Source: the human T2T-CHM13v2.0 reference genome, Homo sapiens. From it: a DNA stretch of 64,000 nucleotides. Where the stretch lies: NCBI RefSeq assembly GCF_009914755.1, contig NC_060939.1; one strand, written 5' to 3'. Position numbers and translations under genes: made by a program. Positions 27,164-40,504 of this stretch are shown here, piece after piece. How positions within the stretch are numbered: the stretch's first letter is position 1; the number at the start of each line of letters is the position of its first letter. The notes below the pieces were generated by a model. It saw only the letters and a list, made by a program, of their open reading frames with translations, did not search any database and was not told the DNA's origin.

Positions 27164-27411
27164 CTTTCTCTATCTTGACCTTCCCTGTGGCAGTCTGTCT
27201 TGGTAAAATCTGTGTTTCTTTTGCCACATTTTCTGGACTCTGAGGCACAGCTTTGATAAAGAAATCTGCCACAGTCATCAGAAATTCCACACTGGCACAT
27301 ACATACAGCTTGTCAAGAACAGCATCAATTTGACTTCCATTTTTGTCTTGTTTGTAACTTATATCAATCATAGAACTGTTGTTATCTTGGTCATTCTTTC
27401 TGTCAATCATT
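27164..27411 (-). CDS. VPS13C: VPS13C exon ~51, 248 nt, MIDRKNDQ...KVKIEK
   Basis: cag|A ... AAG|gttagc; phase 2-1. Confidence 0.95.
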
Positions 27412-28752
27412 CTGAAAAAAAACATGCTATTCATTATTTTATTCTTGCTAAAACAATAAAAAAGATGAAGAATTTCCTATATACCTCAATAATCTTTATT
27501 TCACCTTTCAGTTTCTAATCTGTATAGAAAACAGGTCAACATTAACTAGAATCTAATTTATCCATTAGTAAACAAGACTACTAATCTCCAAAGCAAGATA
27601 TACGTTATTAAGCAATTACTGAATATTTTATACTTACAATGCAATTCTATATGTTATTGCATTATAATGCAATTTTTGAGTATTACATTATAATGCAATA
27701 CTAAAGAAACAAACCAATAATGGCCGGAAAGGAATTTGGGCAATTAACAAAACAAATCAGTGTAGTCACACAAAATAAAGGCAGCCTTTTAATATTATTT
27801 ATGAAATAAAACCTCCCTGAAGGAATTTATCTTCAAAGATCATCCTACGAAAATTTGAGTCTGAAAGTATTCAATACAACTCAAATCATCAAGTGTTTAT
27901 CAAGTGTGCTCAACTATAGTTCCCCTACGTCCTCCCATGAACTGGAAAAAGCAGGCTACCTAACAGATGATAGCATTTATCACCCTTGCCGGGAGAGCTG
28001 TGGACAGCTACTCCAGACACAAAATTTGCAAACTAGAAAAGCTGGGTGCATGACAGCACTCTTCCCTCATTTATTCATCTCTCAGAAAAACAAAGGGCTC
28101 ACAAGTATCCCATATGTATTCAATGGAGTCCAAGTTTAAGGAGCAACACAGTTTTTCTCAAAAGCAACAACAAAAAAATCAGATACAAAATATTATGTCT
28201 CATTACTTGAGAAAAATAAAAACATAATTAGGCTATTGAAAATTACATATTTCCCATTTTAGAATGAGCTAATATAACTCACCCTTTCAAAAACGGCTTG
28301 ATGATGTGAATGCGCTCGAGATTCTATTTCTATTAAAACTTTGAAAGAAATTTTGCATAACTGTTTTAAAAAGACATGATCAAAATAAACATGATGAAGG
28401 AAAAATCCATAGCTTGAAGGCTTTTTAAAACAAAATTCTGCCTACTGGGAATAATTTAGAAAAATACATCACCAAATATATCACCCCATGTGGATTTAAC
28501 TATTAAAACTCATTTTCTCTTAGTTCCCATTCTAAATATGTTACTCCATTTTATAATTAAACTTCCCTTTAACTTAACCTTTAAAGCAGCTGAATCTGAT
28601 ATTAGCACTACTTCTTAATGCAATTCAAATCAGGAAGTATGACCAAAAGACAGAGATCTTTTTTGGATGATCCCTAGCCTAGCAATGCCTGGCAGCCATG
28701 CAGGTGCAATGTCAACCTTAAATAATGTATTGCAAATTCAGAGCTGACAAAC

Positions 28753-28922
28753 CTCGATGTTGCTCTCTCAATTCCTTCTCTGAGATCATCAAGGGTGCAT
28801 GTCTTAAGTTTAACGCTGACATTCATTGAGCCATCCTTAAACATCTTCCCTGAGGAGGCCATAAGATGTAGTCTGAGTTCACCAAGTTGGAAACTGTCAT
28901 TATGAAATGCAACTCCAGATTC
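28753..28922 (-). CDS. VPS13C: VPS13C exon ~50, 170 nt, ESGVAFHN...IERATS
   Basis: tag|GAA ... GAG|gtttgt; phase 0-2. Confidence 0.93.
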
Positions 28923-29235
28923 CTATGGTACATTTTTCAAGCAAAAGAATCAATTACCTTTAAATATTATATAATTACTTTTAAACATATTACTTAATTC
29001 AAAACTTAAAGGCAAACTGATCTCATGAATTTTAAAAGTATGAGTGCTAAAACATCTGAATGGAACAGAGAATAATATGCATGTTTGTGAGCATACCTGT
29101 ACATACAAATAAATAGATATATGTGTGAATATCCAACAATGATTAGTATAGAAAAATTTATCTGATTTACAGTTTAATGCAAATAAAAATAATTAGGAAA
29201 GAGCTGTCAATTAATCAATTAATCTAACTAATAAA

Positions 29236-29542
29236 TTTTTTCTTTTTTTTTTTTTTTTGAGATGGAGTTTCGCTCTGTCGCCCAGGCTGGAGTGCAGTGG
29301 CGCGATCTCGGCTCACTGCATCCTCCACCTCCTGCGTTTAAGCAATTCTCCGCCTCAGCCTCCCGAGTAGCTGGGATTACAGGCGCCCACCACCATGCCC
29401 AGCTAATTTTTTTTTTGTATTTTTAGTAGAGATGGGGTTTCACCATCTTGGCCAAGCTGATCTTGAACTCCTGACCTCATGATCCGCCCACCTCGGCCTC
29501 CCAAAGTGCTGGGATTACAGGCATAAGCCACTGCGCCCCGCC
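29236..29542 (-). mobile_element. Alu (AluS-like)
   Basis: Reverse dimer; flanks tctaactaataaat / tctaataataaat. Confidence 0.92.
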
Positions 29543-31881
29543 TCTAATAATAAATATTTAATGAGCTCTTCCATTAAAAAACAGTGATAAGATTTATGAG
29601 GTTTACAAGAAAGAGTAAGGCATGGTAGATGATGTGAATGAGCATATACCCTAATTCCTTGAGAAAACAAAATAGAAATACACTAAAAGGAACATCACAA
29701 GAAGATGCTATTAGTTGTAAATGATTAAATATTTTGTGACATACAGTATTTTATTCATTCATATTTATATCTTCTCACATTTCACAAAAGCCATTTAGTG
29801 GTTAGGTAAAGAGTATAAATAGTAAAAGCTCAGAGAGGTTGAAGAGATCATTATGGCTGGGGAAAATTCATAAAGAAGGTGAGAACTTAACAGAACCTCA
29901 GAGGCTGAGTGGGATCAGATAGGCTAAGAGGGTGGCAGAAGACACTCCACATGAAGAAAAAACATGAACAAACAATTCAAGATGCTTTAGGACATAGGAT
30001 ACAGGGTGATTGGGCTTGGATACTCCGATTAAAGAATGGTAGGGAAAAAACTAGAAAGAAATACAGAGGCCTAATCAAAGTCTCAAATCCCAAACTAAAT
30101 ATTTAAATTTTCATGTATAGAAAAATGGACCTCGATCTTTATTCTACCATAACATATAATTCCAAATTCTCTCAGTATGTCCAGATTTAAAAAAAAAAAA
30201 ACCCCAGCCAATCAACAAAAACCTTCAGGGAAGTGATGAACATCCAACACCATTGCTTACTAGAGACCCTGGCATTGATAATAGGGGTGCTGGGTATGTG
30301 CAATCATTGGCACACTGGTTAGAACTCCACCCCTTCTCTCACTCAAGATAGTATGTTGATGCAATTGGGTCAGAATGACATTATTACTGGCAAGCTTTGA
30401 ATGCTTTTAACTTATGAAAATGGAAATAATTCACAAACTTTTATTCTGTAATCATTAATAGCAATGACCTGAGACACATCTGCTGATGACAACACACTAA
30501 TGTTTCCTGATAGGATTACTGATATGGTTTCCTGATGTAGACAATTTGGAGCCACTGAATTTCTTTCCATAATATGAAATTCAGATTATATAACACAATG
30601 TTTATTAGTGGAAAGGGAAGATGGAAATGGCTACATGACATTCATTTAGGAAACTGAAGTTGTGCCAATATCTAGGATGGATGAAAGGTAAAAAATCAAA
30701 CAAGGAAGTCATTGCAGTACTACAAGTGTAAGAAGAGTTTCAAATAAAGCAGCAGTGAGAAGTGATAGAAAAAAGTAAATGTTTATTCAAAGAAAAACCT
30801 GACAGTACTCAGCATCTCAATGAATAAGGAAGGCATACAAACAATGAAACAAAAGTAGACATCAAGATTCTAAGACTGCAGAACCAGCAGAATGATGGTA
30901 CCAAGTAAAATGAAGAATGAATTTAACTGCTCATTTTTGGTAAGGTCATTTTCTGATGTTGTAATGAGCATTAAACATTAGAAAATAAGGCAGTTCATTG
31001 CATAAATAACAGATACAAGCCAAAAATTCAATAGTAACAATGTATGAATATTGCATAATTTGTAGTAAATAAAATGAAATATAAATGAACATATTTCATA
31101 TAAATGGACATTAACAGATATAATACCCATAATCTGTATCTGTTGTTAATGTCCATTTGAGTATATTGCTCACTGCCCAATTAGGGTATATGCTCACTGT
31201 TGAATCTATAATCAATACGGAATATGGATATTAAAATATGCCATATGTATTATAGGTATTAATGTATGACATAATATAATTAAAAATATTTACTGAAGGA
31301 AATATCAGCATAATAAAAAATAGCTCTCTAAAATACCACTGACATATTATTTAGTTCAAATCATCATGGCATAAGACCTTGGCTCTTCAATTCTTTAATT
31401 AGTATCCTTAATACATAATCTACTACATATAACATTTATTCAATAGAAACACAATTAATGCTTATATACCAAGGATAATCATGAATTCAAAAATAATCAG
31501 GTAAGGCTCCAAAGTCACTACTAAATTATTCTTAAGTCGTTATATATACATATATATATAGCTATGTAATAAAACTGTATATATAATTAATCACTCATAT
31601 ATAAAATTCTTCTGTTGGTAATAAATCAAAATGTGTTTTGGTGCTGATATTACTTGGAAAGAAATAAAACCCTGAGTACTTTGCCTTAGCCTTGGAAGAT
31701 TAGAAACACTAACAAAGTGAAGATAGAGGGCAGGACCAATGCACATTCTGTAGGCCAAATAGAATTTTATAGACATATTAAATGTTTTAATGAAAAGTCC
31801 CACACAAAAAAAAGCCAACACTCTAAAACTGACTATCAAGAGCTAAGGATTTATTTCTAATTACAGAAATGTATTACATAC

Positions 31882-31994
31882 CTGGTTGATATCATTGTTA
31901 TAAAGGATAATGGAAAGAGATTCAAAGTGAAAGTCAAATTGGAGACTGACAATCTGGTTCATAGAGAGCTTTGAGTCTGTCCAATCTTCTTGTT
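31882..31994 (-). CDS. VPS13C: VPS13C exon ~49, 113 nt, QEDWTDSK...NNDINQ
   Basis: tag|AA ... CAG|gtatgt; phase 1-0. Confidence 0.93.
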
Positions 31995-32354
31995 CTAATG
32001 GTGAAAATTTAAAAGCTTTTAAGTAGGTACGTAATTTTATAAATATTTTTAAATATGAGATAATTTCTTATTCTAAATTTATATGACGCTTTCTGGGATT
32101 CTGTAAATCATATTGAGACAATTAATAAAAATGGCAATTATGTTCCAACTGTTAAATTTTAAAAATGGCAATGACTATTCCATATATATTTAGCATATAT
32201 GTGCAAAGAGGCACAGGCAGACTATGTTAAAAAATTTTTTTTTAAAGAGGAGGCCTTAATTTTCAAGGCACTGACACCTAACTGGCTACAAGCCATTTTC
32301 AAGACATTATGAAATTGGAGACTCAGAACAGTCCAATACTTTGCCTTATATTAG

Positions 32355-32713
<359 letters not shown>

Positions 32714-34259
32714 TCATTATCTTTAATTACCTATATTACCCAATCCATTATCTTTATCAGAAGAACAGAATATAACTCAATAGCAAAATCAAACAGAGTT
32801 CACATATGATGCAGGGGAAAGGAGTGGGTGCTTTGGAATTTTGAGACAAATGAGACTTCAGGAAGTAAGTCAGTCTTTTCTCTCATCTTTAGATAGATCA
32901 CACAGACTGAATAGATCTTGCTTTCAATCACTCTTACGGACTGATTCTATAATCTTTTTCAACACTGACTCTAATTTTTTGTCATACTATAGAACAGTCT
33001 GTTTTTACAAGTTACTGGAAAAACAAATACTGCGTAACTTTAACCACGTAAGCCTTCTCCAAGTTAGAAAATTCTATTTTTCTGAGAAATAATTTATATT
33101 CTAATTTTCATCATCTTTGCAGCTTCCATTTGAATTCACAAATTTTCCCAAGTGACACGGTGTCCATATAGCAAGAACCAGATACATGATCGTGATCACG
33201 GCTGAACACAGTGAGATCATTAATCACATAAGGCTTGCCTGTTAATAGTTTATTCATCTCTACATAGTTCCTGTCTAACTATAACAACAGCCTTTTTATC
33301 TAGCATTTGTCTGTATGGTGGCACAAACTTCACCTGGGGAGATGTTGACCTCATCAAGCTTATGCAATACTTAAAACTATCCACTTAAACCAGAAACCTT
33401 GCACACTGTTCTAGTCATTTGTTTGTGTGATTTCAAAACACACCTAGCCTAACTATAGGAGAAGCAGTGTTGATATGGTATATCAACTGGTAGTTTTACC
33501 GATTACTGTCATTTGAAGTAACAGCTGATGGTATGAGAGCATTAGAAAAGCACAGCAGCCAGGACCATTTACTATATGGGCAAGGGGTACTTCATCTCTT
33601 TTTAGCCATGAAAATATTAACCTATTTACAGTCTAATTAAACATAATATTCACATCAATGGCTTTAAATTATGAAAAAAGAGTGAAATTATATGTAATAT
33701 AATCTGTTTAAGAAATCAAAAAGAAACCTTGTATTTTAGAAAAATTATTTAAAAATGGCTGAATTCAAAAGGTTCACTGCTTTTAATAGGTTCAAATTAA
33801 TGATCTGAAAAATTATCTTATGTATTTGAAACATAACGCTCCAATAAGTCCAGATAAATAAAGCTGTTACAAGAATACCTTCCTTTCTCATGGTTCAATC
33901 ACCTGAGTATGACATGTGATACCAAGGTCCTTTTCTCTCTTAATTAATTTGGGACCTTACTACACTGCCTATCTAGCTTGATTCTTCTCTCAAGATACGC
34001 CACTTCAGTGCCTAGTGAATTCAGCAAATTTAGCATTCACAAGTAAAGGGTAAACAAGCACCATGCCAACAACAAGTGACCCTTCCCCCTGTAGCAGAGA
34101 ACAGACATACCTCCCAGCCCCAGCCGAATTTCCACAGTAAGTAGTACAATACTGAATTAGTTCATACCACATTGTGCTGGACAGCTAGAAAAATACTAAA
34201 TATAAATATGACATTAACACCAATTTTTTCTCCATAAAGTAAATATCATCAATTTATAC

Positions 34260-34413
34260 CTTTGAGATGGTCAGGTACACTTGAAACATCAACTTTTCTC
34301 ACTCTTACAGTCTCCTGCACAGACTGTGTAGGGCTTGGTTGTGAGGAAGCTTCTCCAAGATTTTCTAGCAAAATTTTCATTAAAACTGTCAAGTCATCTT
34401 CACTGAGAGCAAC
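34260..34413 (-). CDS. VPS13C: VPS13C exon ~48, 154 nt, VALSEDDL...PDHLK
   Basis: tag|GTT ... AAG|gtataa; phase 0-1. Confidence 0.93.
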
Positions 34414-35136
34414 CTAGAAACCACCAATAATTTGTTAACTCTAAGTAATAAAAAAAATGTAGACTATCATATCTATATCTCGATTTGTGGTTTTTCAAAT
34501 TAATTGTTCACCTACTTAAAAAGAAGAGAGTTAGAGTTAGGACTATAAATACCAGAACAGAAGTATTTCACCTTGTTTACTGTGTGCACACACACTTCTG
34601 CCTTCGCCCATATCCAGGCCCCTGCCTCTGGCACTCCAACACTCTCTATGGCTTATCTGTTACTATGTCTTCCTGTTCCTGGACCCGTGCCTATCTGTCC
34701 CATTTCCCTATCTTCCCATCTCCATTCTGTCTCTCTCTCATCTCAACCAGTACCAGTTCCTTCTTCTATATTATTTACTCTCCTTGAAACTAAATACAGG
34801 ACGAGTGTTGTTCAGTTTCCAGTCTCTACCAAATAGTAAAAAGATGCTCTCCTGCTACGTAGCTCTTCATCTCAGTATATATGCATCTGGACATACATAA
34901 AACATTTGTTTAACTTATCAAGAATAATACCATTTAGAACAATAACAAATGTATCTACAAAGAATGTTTAAAGAACAAAAAATAGGAAGGTAGCATCTTA
35001 TCTTTTACCTTCATAAAAGGGTATGTGTGGCAAAAAGAAAAAGAGCCAGGGCTTTGAGTCAGGCAGATCTGTATCAACTACCACTTTCAAGCTGTCTTGC
35101 TGCAAAGTTTCTTAACGTCCTTAACTCAAGTTTCTT

Positions 35137-35420
35137 TTCTTTTCTTTTCTTTTTTGAGATGGAGTCTCGCTCTGTCGCCCAGGCTAGAGTGCAGTGGCAC
35201 AATCTTGGCTCACTGCAAGCTCCGCCTCCCAGGTTCACGCCATTCTCCTGCCTCAACCTCGTGAGTAGCTAGAACTACTGGCGCCCGCCACCACGCCCGG
35301 CTAATTTTTTGTATTTTTAGTAGAGACGTGGTTTCACCATGTTAGCCAGGATGGTCTCGATCTCCTGACCTCGTGATCCAACCGCCTCGGCCTCCCAAAG
35401 TGCTGGGATTACAGGCGTGA
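35137..35420 (-). mobile_element. AluY, slightly 5'-truncated, inserted in a MIR-like relic
   Basis: gttagccaggatggtctcgatc; TSD tcaagtttctt at 35126-35136 and 35421-35431. Confidence 0.9.
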
Positions 35421-36029
35421 TCAAGTTTCTTAATCTCTAAAATAGGCATAATACCAACTTTCTCACAGATGGCTGCAGAACAAGAAACTAAAACAAACGA
35501 AACTGCTACTGGCTGCTAAAATCCATTAAACCAGTACTGTCTTTGAAGCTCCTTATCCTTCTACCTTATGTAAGACACAGTGGCTCCAAAGGCCTGTTTC
35601 AAGTACTTACAAATTCACACAAGCATGCATGCAAGCACGCATGCATAGCAAATCTCCTCTGAATACCACAGTACCCTATGTCCCCCAAATTAGGTCCCTA
35701 CCACCAGAGAAATTGCCTAGTTCCCACTTTAAATGAAAATACAGAGCTATTTAAGTACAAGATAATGACCAGGGATTTATGGCTTGTCCTAAGCCCCAGG
35801 CCTCATATAACAGGTGTAATTTTAACACCTTAGAATTTCCTTGTATATCCCAACCCACTTCTCATACCAACCAAGATTACCACAGCTTTCTGAAGGGCAA
35901 CTAAGTTCACCCCTCTTTCACTTTGCTGTGGGGGTGGGGGGGGAACAAGTATGAAGGACAATTTTGAAAGGCAGCCCCACAGTTCTTTAAAAACCATCAA
36001 AATGATCCACCCAAAACAACCTGTAGGTA

Positions 36030-36138
36030 TCACCTGCCTGATACCCTTTTTTAGCTGCAGCCCAGACCAGGGAAACAACTTGCCAGTGTCACCTGCCTGA
36101 TACCCTTTCTTGGCTGCATCCCAGGCCCAGGAAAACTA
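36030..36138. repeat. Two-copy ~59-bp tandem repeat, probably within an old LTR relic (~35800-36270)
   Basis: tcacctgcctgatacccttt...gctgca.cccag.cc..g.aa twice. Confidence 0.8.
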
Positions 36139-36839
36139 TACAGACTATGACCAAAGGGGGGTGTTTAGAGAGACCTGGATCAGCGACAAATTAGGCAGTG
36201 GTGGCCTCATCCACTGTTGCTGCATTCCTGAGTTAATAAGGATGCTTTTGGTTAAAGTAATTATAATACTTTGATGCTAAAGTATCAGATGTTACTTTTT
36301 TTTCTTGTTTCTTCTAAAATACCTTAAAAAGCATAAAGGAAAAGGACAGAGAATACTATAATCTTCCCCTGTGAATCTACCACCTGGCTTTGTCAAATCT
36401 TAACAAGCTGCAATATTTCCTTCAGATCTCGTTTCCCATTACAGATATAGCAGAAGCCCCGTGTGTACTTCTCTGAGACCCTATTCCCTTCTCCTTTCGC
36501 CCTTAGAGAAAGACACCAGCCTAATTTAGAGATTATTTCCATGAATACTTTTCTTAAAGTTATCACACTGCATCTCTTATAAACAATATATAATAGTATT
36601 ATATTGCCTGTTGAAAATCTGAAATAATATAAAACTGATAGAACTGTACTATCATTTTGCAACTCACTTTTTTCATTTTTATGTTCAAGATATATCAATT
36701 TTGTTTGATATAGTTCTATTTTATTCACTTTATCTGCTTTACAACATCCATTATATGAAGATACCAAAATTTTATCCATGTTCTGCTACCAACAGACATT
36801 CAGGTTTTACTTATGCTTTCAACAAACCTATAACCACAA

Positions 36840-36921
36840 AATCTTTGAAAGGGATTGTCAGATATTAGTCCTGGGATCTAATCTTTGAAAGGGAGAGCCA
36901 AATATTAGTCCTGGGATCTAA
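36840..36921. repeat. 40-bp tandem duplication
   Basis: atctttgaaaggga......atattagtcctgggatcta twice. Confidence 0.9.
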
Positions 36922-37375
36922 CCTCTTGGCAGAAAGACAGAAATTAAAAGAAGGTACCCATACTCTGGAATAAAGGCTACCCTATGAATGCCCAAACAAA
37001 CAAAATTTAATAATTGTTCTTCATGTAATATATCCACTAGTATATGAACAGAAACCCTTCATTTCTACAACAAGCTTCAATTTTAACTTCTTCCCTAGTA
37101 AAACTCTGCTCCTTTGATCCTTCCTATTTCATGTTAGAACCAACTCTGAAATAATCACAGGTATGAAAACCCATTAAACCACTAAATTTTTGTTTGGTTT
37201 TGTTTAGTCTCTCTCACCCCTATCCCATCCTCGGCTGTTTGGTTTCAACAGTTTCACACATAGGCACACAAGAATCACAGGATTCCTATACTTCCACGAC
37301 TACCTTCAACCAGTCTCACCTCCTCCTCTGAGCTGATATGCAACCTTCTAGCTACATTATTAAAAATAACGCTGT

Positions 37376-37673
37376 GGCCGGAGCACGGTGGCTCACGCCT
37401 GTAGTCCCAGCATTTTGGGAGGCCGAGGAGGGTGGATCACCTAAGGTCAGGAGTTTGAGGCCAGCCTGGCCAACCTGGTGAAACCCTGTTTCTACTAAAA
37501 ATACAAAAATTAGCCAAGTGGATGGCGGGTGCCTGTAATCACTGCTACTCAGGAGGCTGAGGCAGGAGAATCGCTTGAACCCAGCTAGTGGAGGTCACAG
37601 TGAGCCTAGATCATGCCACTGCACTCCAGCCTAGGCCACAGAGCAAGACTCCGTCTCAAAAAAAAAAAAAAAA
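37376..37673 (+). mobile_element. AluSx-like
   Basis: Full dimer with poly-A. Confidence 0.92.
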
Positions 37674-38310
37674 GTTGTATACTTATCAAATATACACATT
37701 TGCCTATTAAAATGGTAACACCTTTCTAATTAAAACAAGGCCTCTACAAACTACACTATTAAAAATAATGGTGTATTTATATGCTTATCAAATATACACA
37801 TTTGCCTATTCAAAATGATATCACTTTTCTAATTAAAACGGGCCATCTACACATTTAAAAATACTAAGGTGCTTTGAATGTAGTGTCTGAATATCACTTT
37901 GCATTGTCTTACAATTTAACTGCATTAAAACTTTAACAGAATTTTCCAAAATTAAGAATAATATTTTTAGTACACTCCAACAGATTTTATCTCAGACTCC
38001 TTGCTGGTTTTACCAAATATCTAACTAAAATGAAAACAAAGAAAAGTGAGGGAAACAAGGATGATTTCATTTGCATATTTTTTATTTATTTATTTTTGTT
38101 GTTTTTAAATAGGAAACAAAATCTAGTTTACTCAATTTATTACTTGGGCAAAAGTACACATACAACAGACAAATGCTCACTAAGAGAAAACTGGTTTAGC
38201 TTTATCAATAACGTAGCAACTCCTACATTCTGATATCCACTAGAACTGCACTATGATCAATGAGAAAAGCCTATCAAGAAATTTTCATATATTATATACT
38301 AGCTACTTAC

Positions 38311-38458
38311 CTGCATAGGTTTTAGTTTTCCTTTTATCTCCATCCCTGGAATTTGCACATACCATGCTGCTGCTAAGTTTCGCTGTATGGACAAAAGCAT
38401 GTTGACTGGTTTTAAAATTTCAATGTCATTTTGTGGCAAGCTAGCCTGCAAAATAGTT
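38311..38458 (-). CDS. VPS13C: VPS13C exon ~47, 148 nt, TILQASLP...KLKPMQ
   Basis: cag|A ... CAG|gtaagt; phase 2-0. Confidence 0.94.
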
Positions 38459-39426
38459 CTGAAAGAAAAACAAGAATTTATTTTTTACTTCAAATTTACA
38501 TTTTAAAATGAGGACTATCCTATTGTGTAACAGTTTCCACACAGCATTTCATAAAGGCTAAAAGCTGCTAACAGAAGTCTTTTAGAATACACTTCTTTTC
38601 ACATTTTTAAGATCAATCTAAATCACAACACGTAAGTTTATATGCAGAGCTATCCAAAACCAAACCTACATAACACTGATTTCAAAAACATAATTTTCAT
38701 ACACTATGACAACTGCATTATTTATTATTTTTCACAAAGGCTGTTTGATACAGCGAATAGTTTACTGTCATGCAAACAAATGTTACATCCTCCTAAAACT
38801 GGAAGATGAAGAAAGTAATCTTATACTTAGCCCTTAATATGTTATTGGTACTTCTCCAGACTCAAGGGGGAAACTCAACTAATCTAAAAGTTAAACGAAC
38901 ATATGGTAATAGTCATTCCAGCTTGCCTGCCAACAACCATTTGCCTAACCAAATAAACGCTCTTGTCACTCAATAGAGCCAACACTGTCCCATTTCGATT
39001 CACTAATCCTTTCGATAACTCACTGAAAATTCCCAAATGTGACAAGGTTTGGAAATGAGAAATAAATCTTAAATTTTATATATTACGAAGTTTTTTCCCA
39101 CCAAAAATAAAAAAGGAAATAGCTACGTGCAAAGTGAGAAAAATAAAAAATTTAAACTAAGTATTGAGTAAACTATAATTTTATAATAGCTAATTTTTAT
39201 AGAATGAAAAAAATCATATTACATATGTAGTAAGGGAAAATACAGACTCCATGAGGCACATACATGACTGTTTAACCACTGACCAAGAAGCCAATGGTCA
39301 AGGTTTCATAATTAGAAGAAATAAGGAATGAAAACCACAAATTACTACAACATTTTACCTTAGGTAAAAATTGTATGAAAATCCTATTTCTAGTAAGCAA
39401 TACACAATTAGATTACATATTTATAC

Positions 39427-39731
39427 CTTGACAGCTTCAACTGAGTGAGTTCGATGTTCATTTTATCAATGACTGGAGGAAGAGAATAATGTTCCATAGG
39501 AACCAAGCTAAACTTGTTTTCAACTCTGATTAAACCCAGATCTGCTATAACAGCATTAGGTGATACTGAAGACTGAGGAATAATAATAACTGGTGCTTTC
39601 AAATTAATATCCATCAAAAGGCGGAAACTCTTTTGAGCCAAGTCTTTCATGCTGGAAGCAGCTCTTTCTGCAGCCTGGACTGTGGCTGTACTCAAAGCTT
39701 CTTTAGCAGTTTGGAAATTGTTGAGGAAGTT
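39427..39731 (-). CDS. VPS13C: VPS13C exon ~46, 305 nt, [10 protein letters not shown]...LTQLKLS
   Basis: cag|AAC ... AAG|gtataa; phase 0-2. Confidence 0.96.
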
Positions 39732-40504
39732 CTGTTGGAAGAGACAGATATTTAGGGGAAAAAAGGCATTTATTTTTAAAAGAAAAAACTTTAAAAAGCA
39801 TTTACTTTAAAAACTAAATAAAAAAGTAATATAAAAGATGTTATTTATGATTTTGTGTATGTAGAGAGTGAAGTCTAGAAACATACACTCTGAGCTATTA
39901 ACAATAGTTACTGTAGGAAGAAAGAGCTCTTTCTTACATTTCATAAAATATTTTTCATTTTATAAAATATTTTATAAAATATAAAATAATTGAGAATTAT
40001 TTTATTCTCATGATAAATTTTTGCAACAGTTCTTTTAAAAATCTCCTTTTTATTAAGAATGTTGGTTATTTTAAATTCAAATTTAAATGAAAGGGAGAAG
40101 GGCAGTACCGTACTTCTCCAAAATTGGGTTCAATTCTGTACTGCTAGGCCACAGCAATAAAGTTTAGTCTTAGAAACTAAGCTTCTGCCGGCTTATTTCT
40201 GATAAGGCTTTTTTTTTTTTTTTTATGTACTCAGCATGAGGAAAGACAGTTAATTGTCTACAATCCTGTAATCATTAGTAAGAGTCAAAATTTATTTATA
40301 ATAAGATGTATTTCATCTCAATTTCAACTAAAAACAGAAAAATCTTTCCCAATGAGGATAAGATCATTCTCAGAAGCAATATTCTTGGTGTACATCCATT
40401 AATATTACAAAAGCAACCTAACCTCCCCGGCACCCACCTCCAAGTTAATTGCTCTCTAGAAAAGTAAACATGATGGTTTAAGTAGAAATGCATGCTTTTA
40501 AGGA

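Noticed and set aside
31305-31367. Possible C/D-box snoRNA on the gene strand (ATGATGA...CTGA)
   Set aside because: No terminal stem, very AT-rich, no recognisable guide sequence
36393-36779. 128-aa ORF (also 57252-57626, 124 aa)
   Set aside because: No recognisable domain; AT-rich intron or old L1 sequence; does not fit the exon chain
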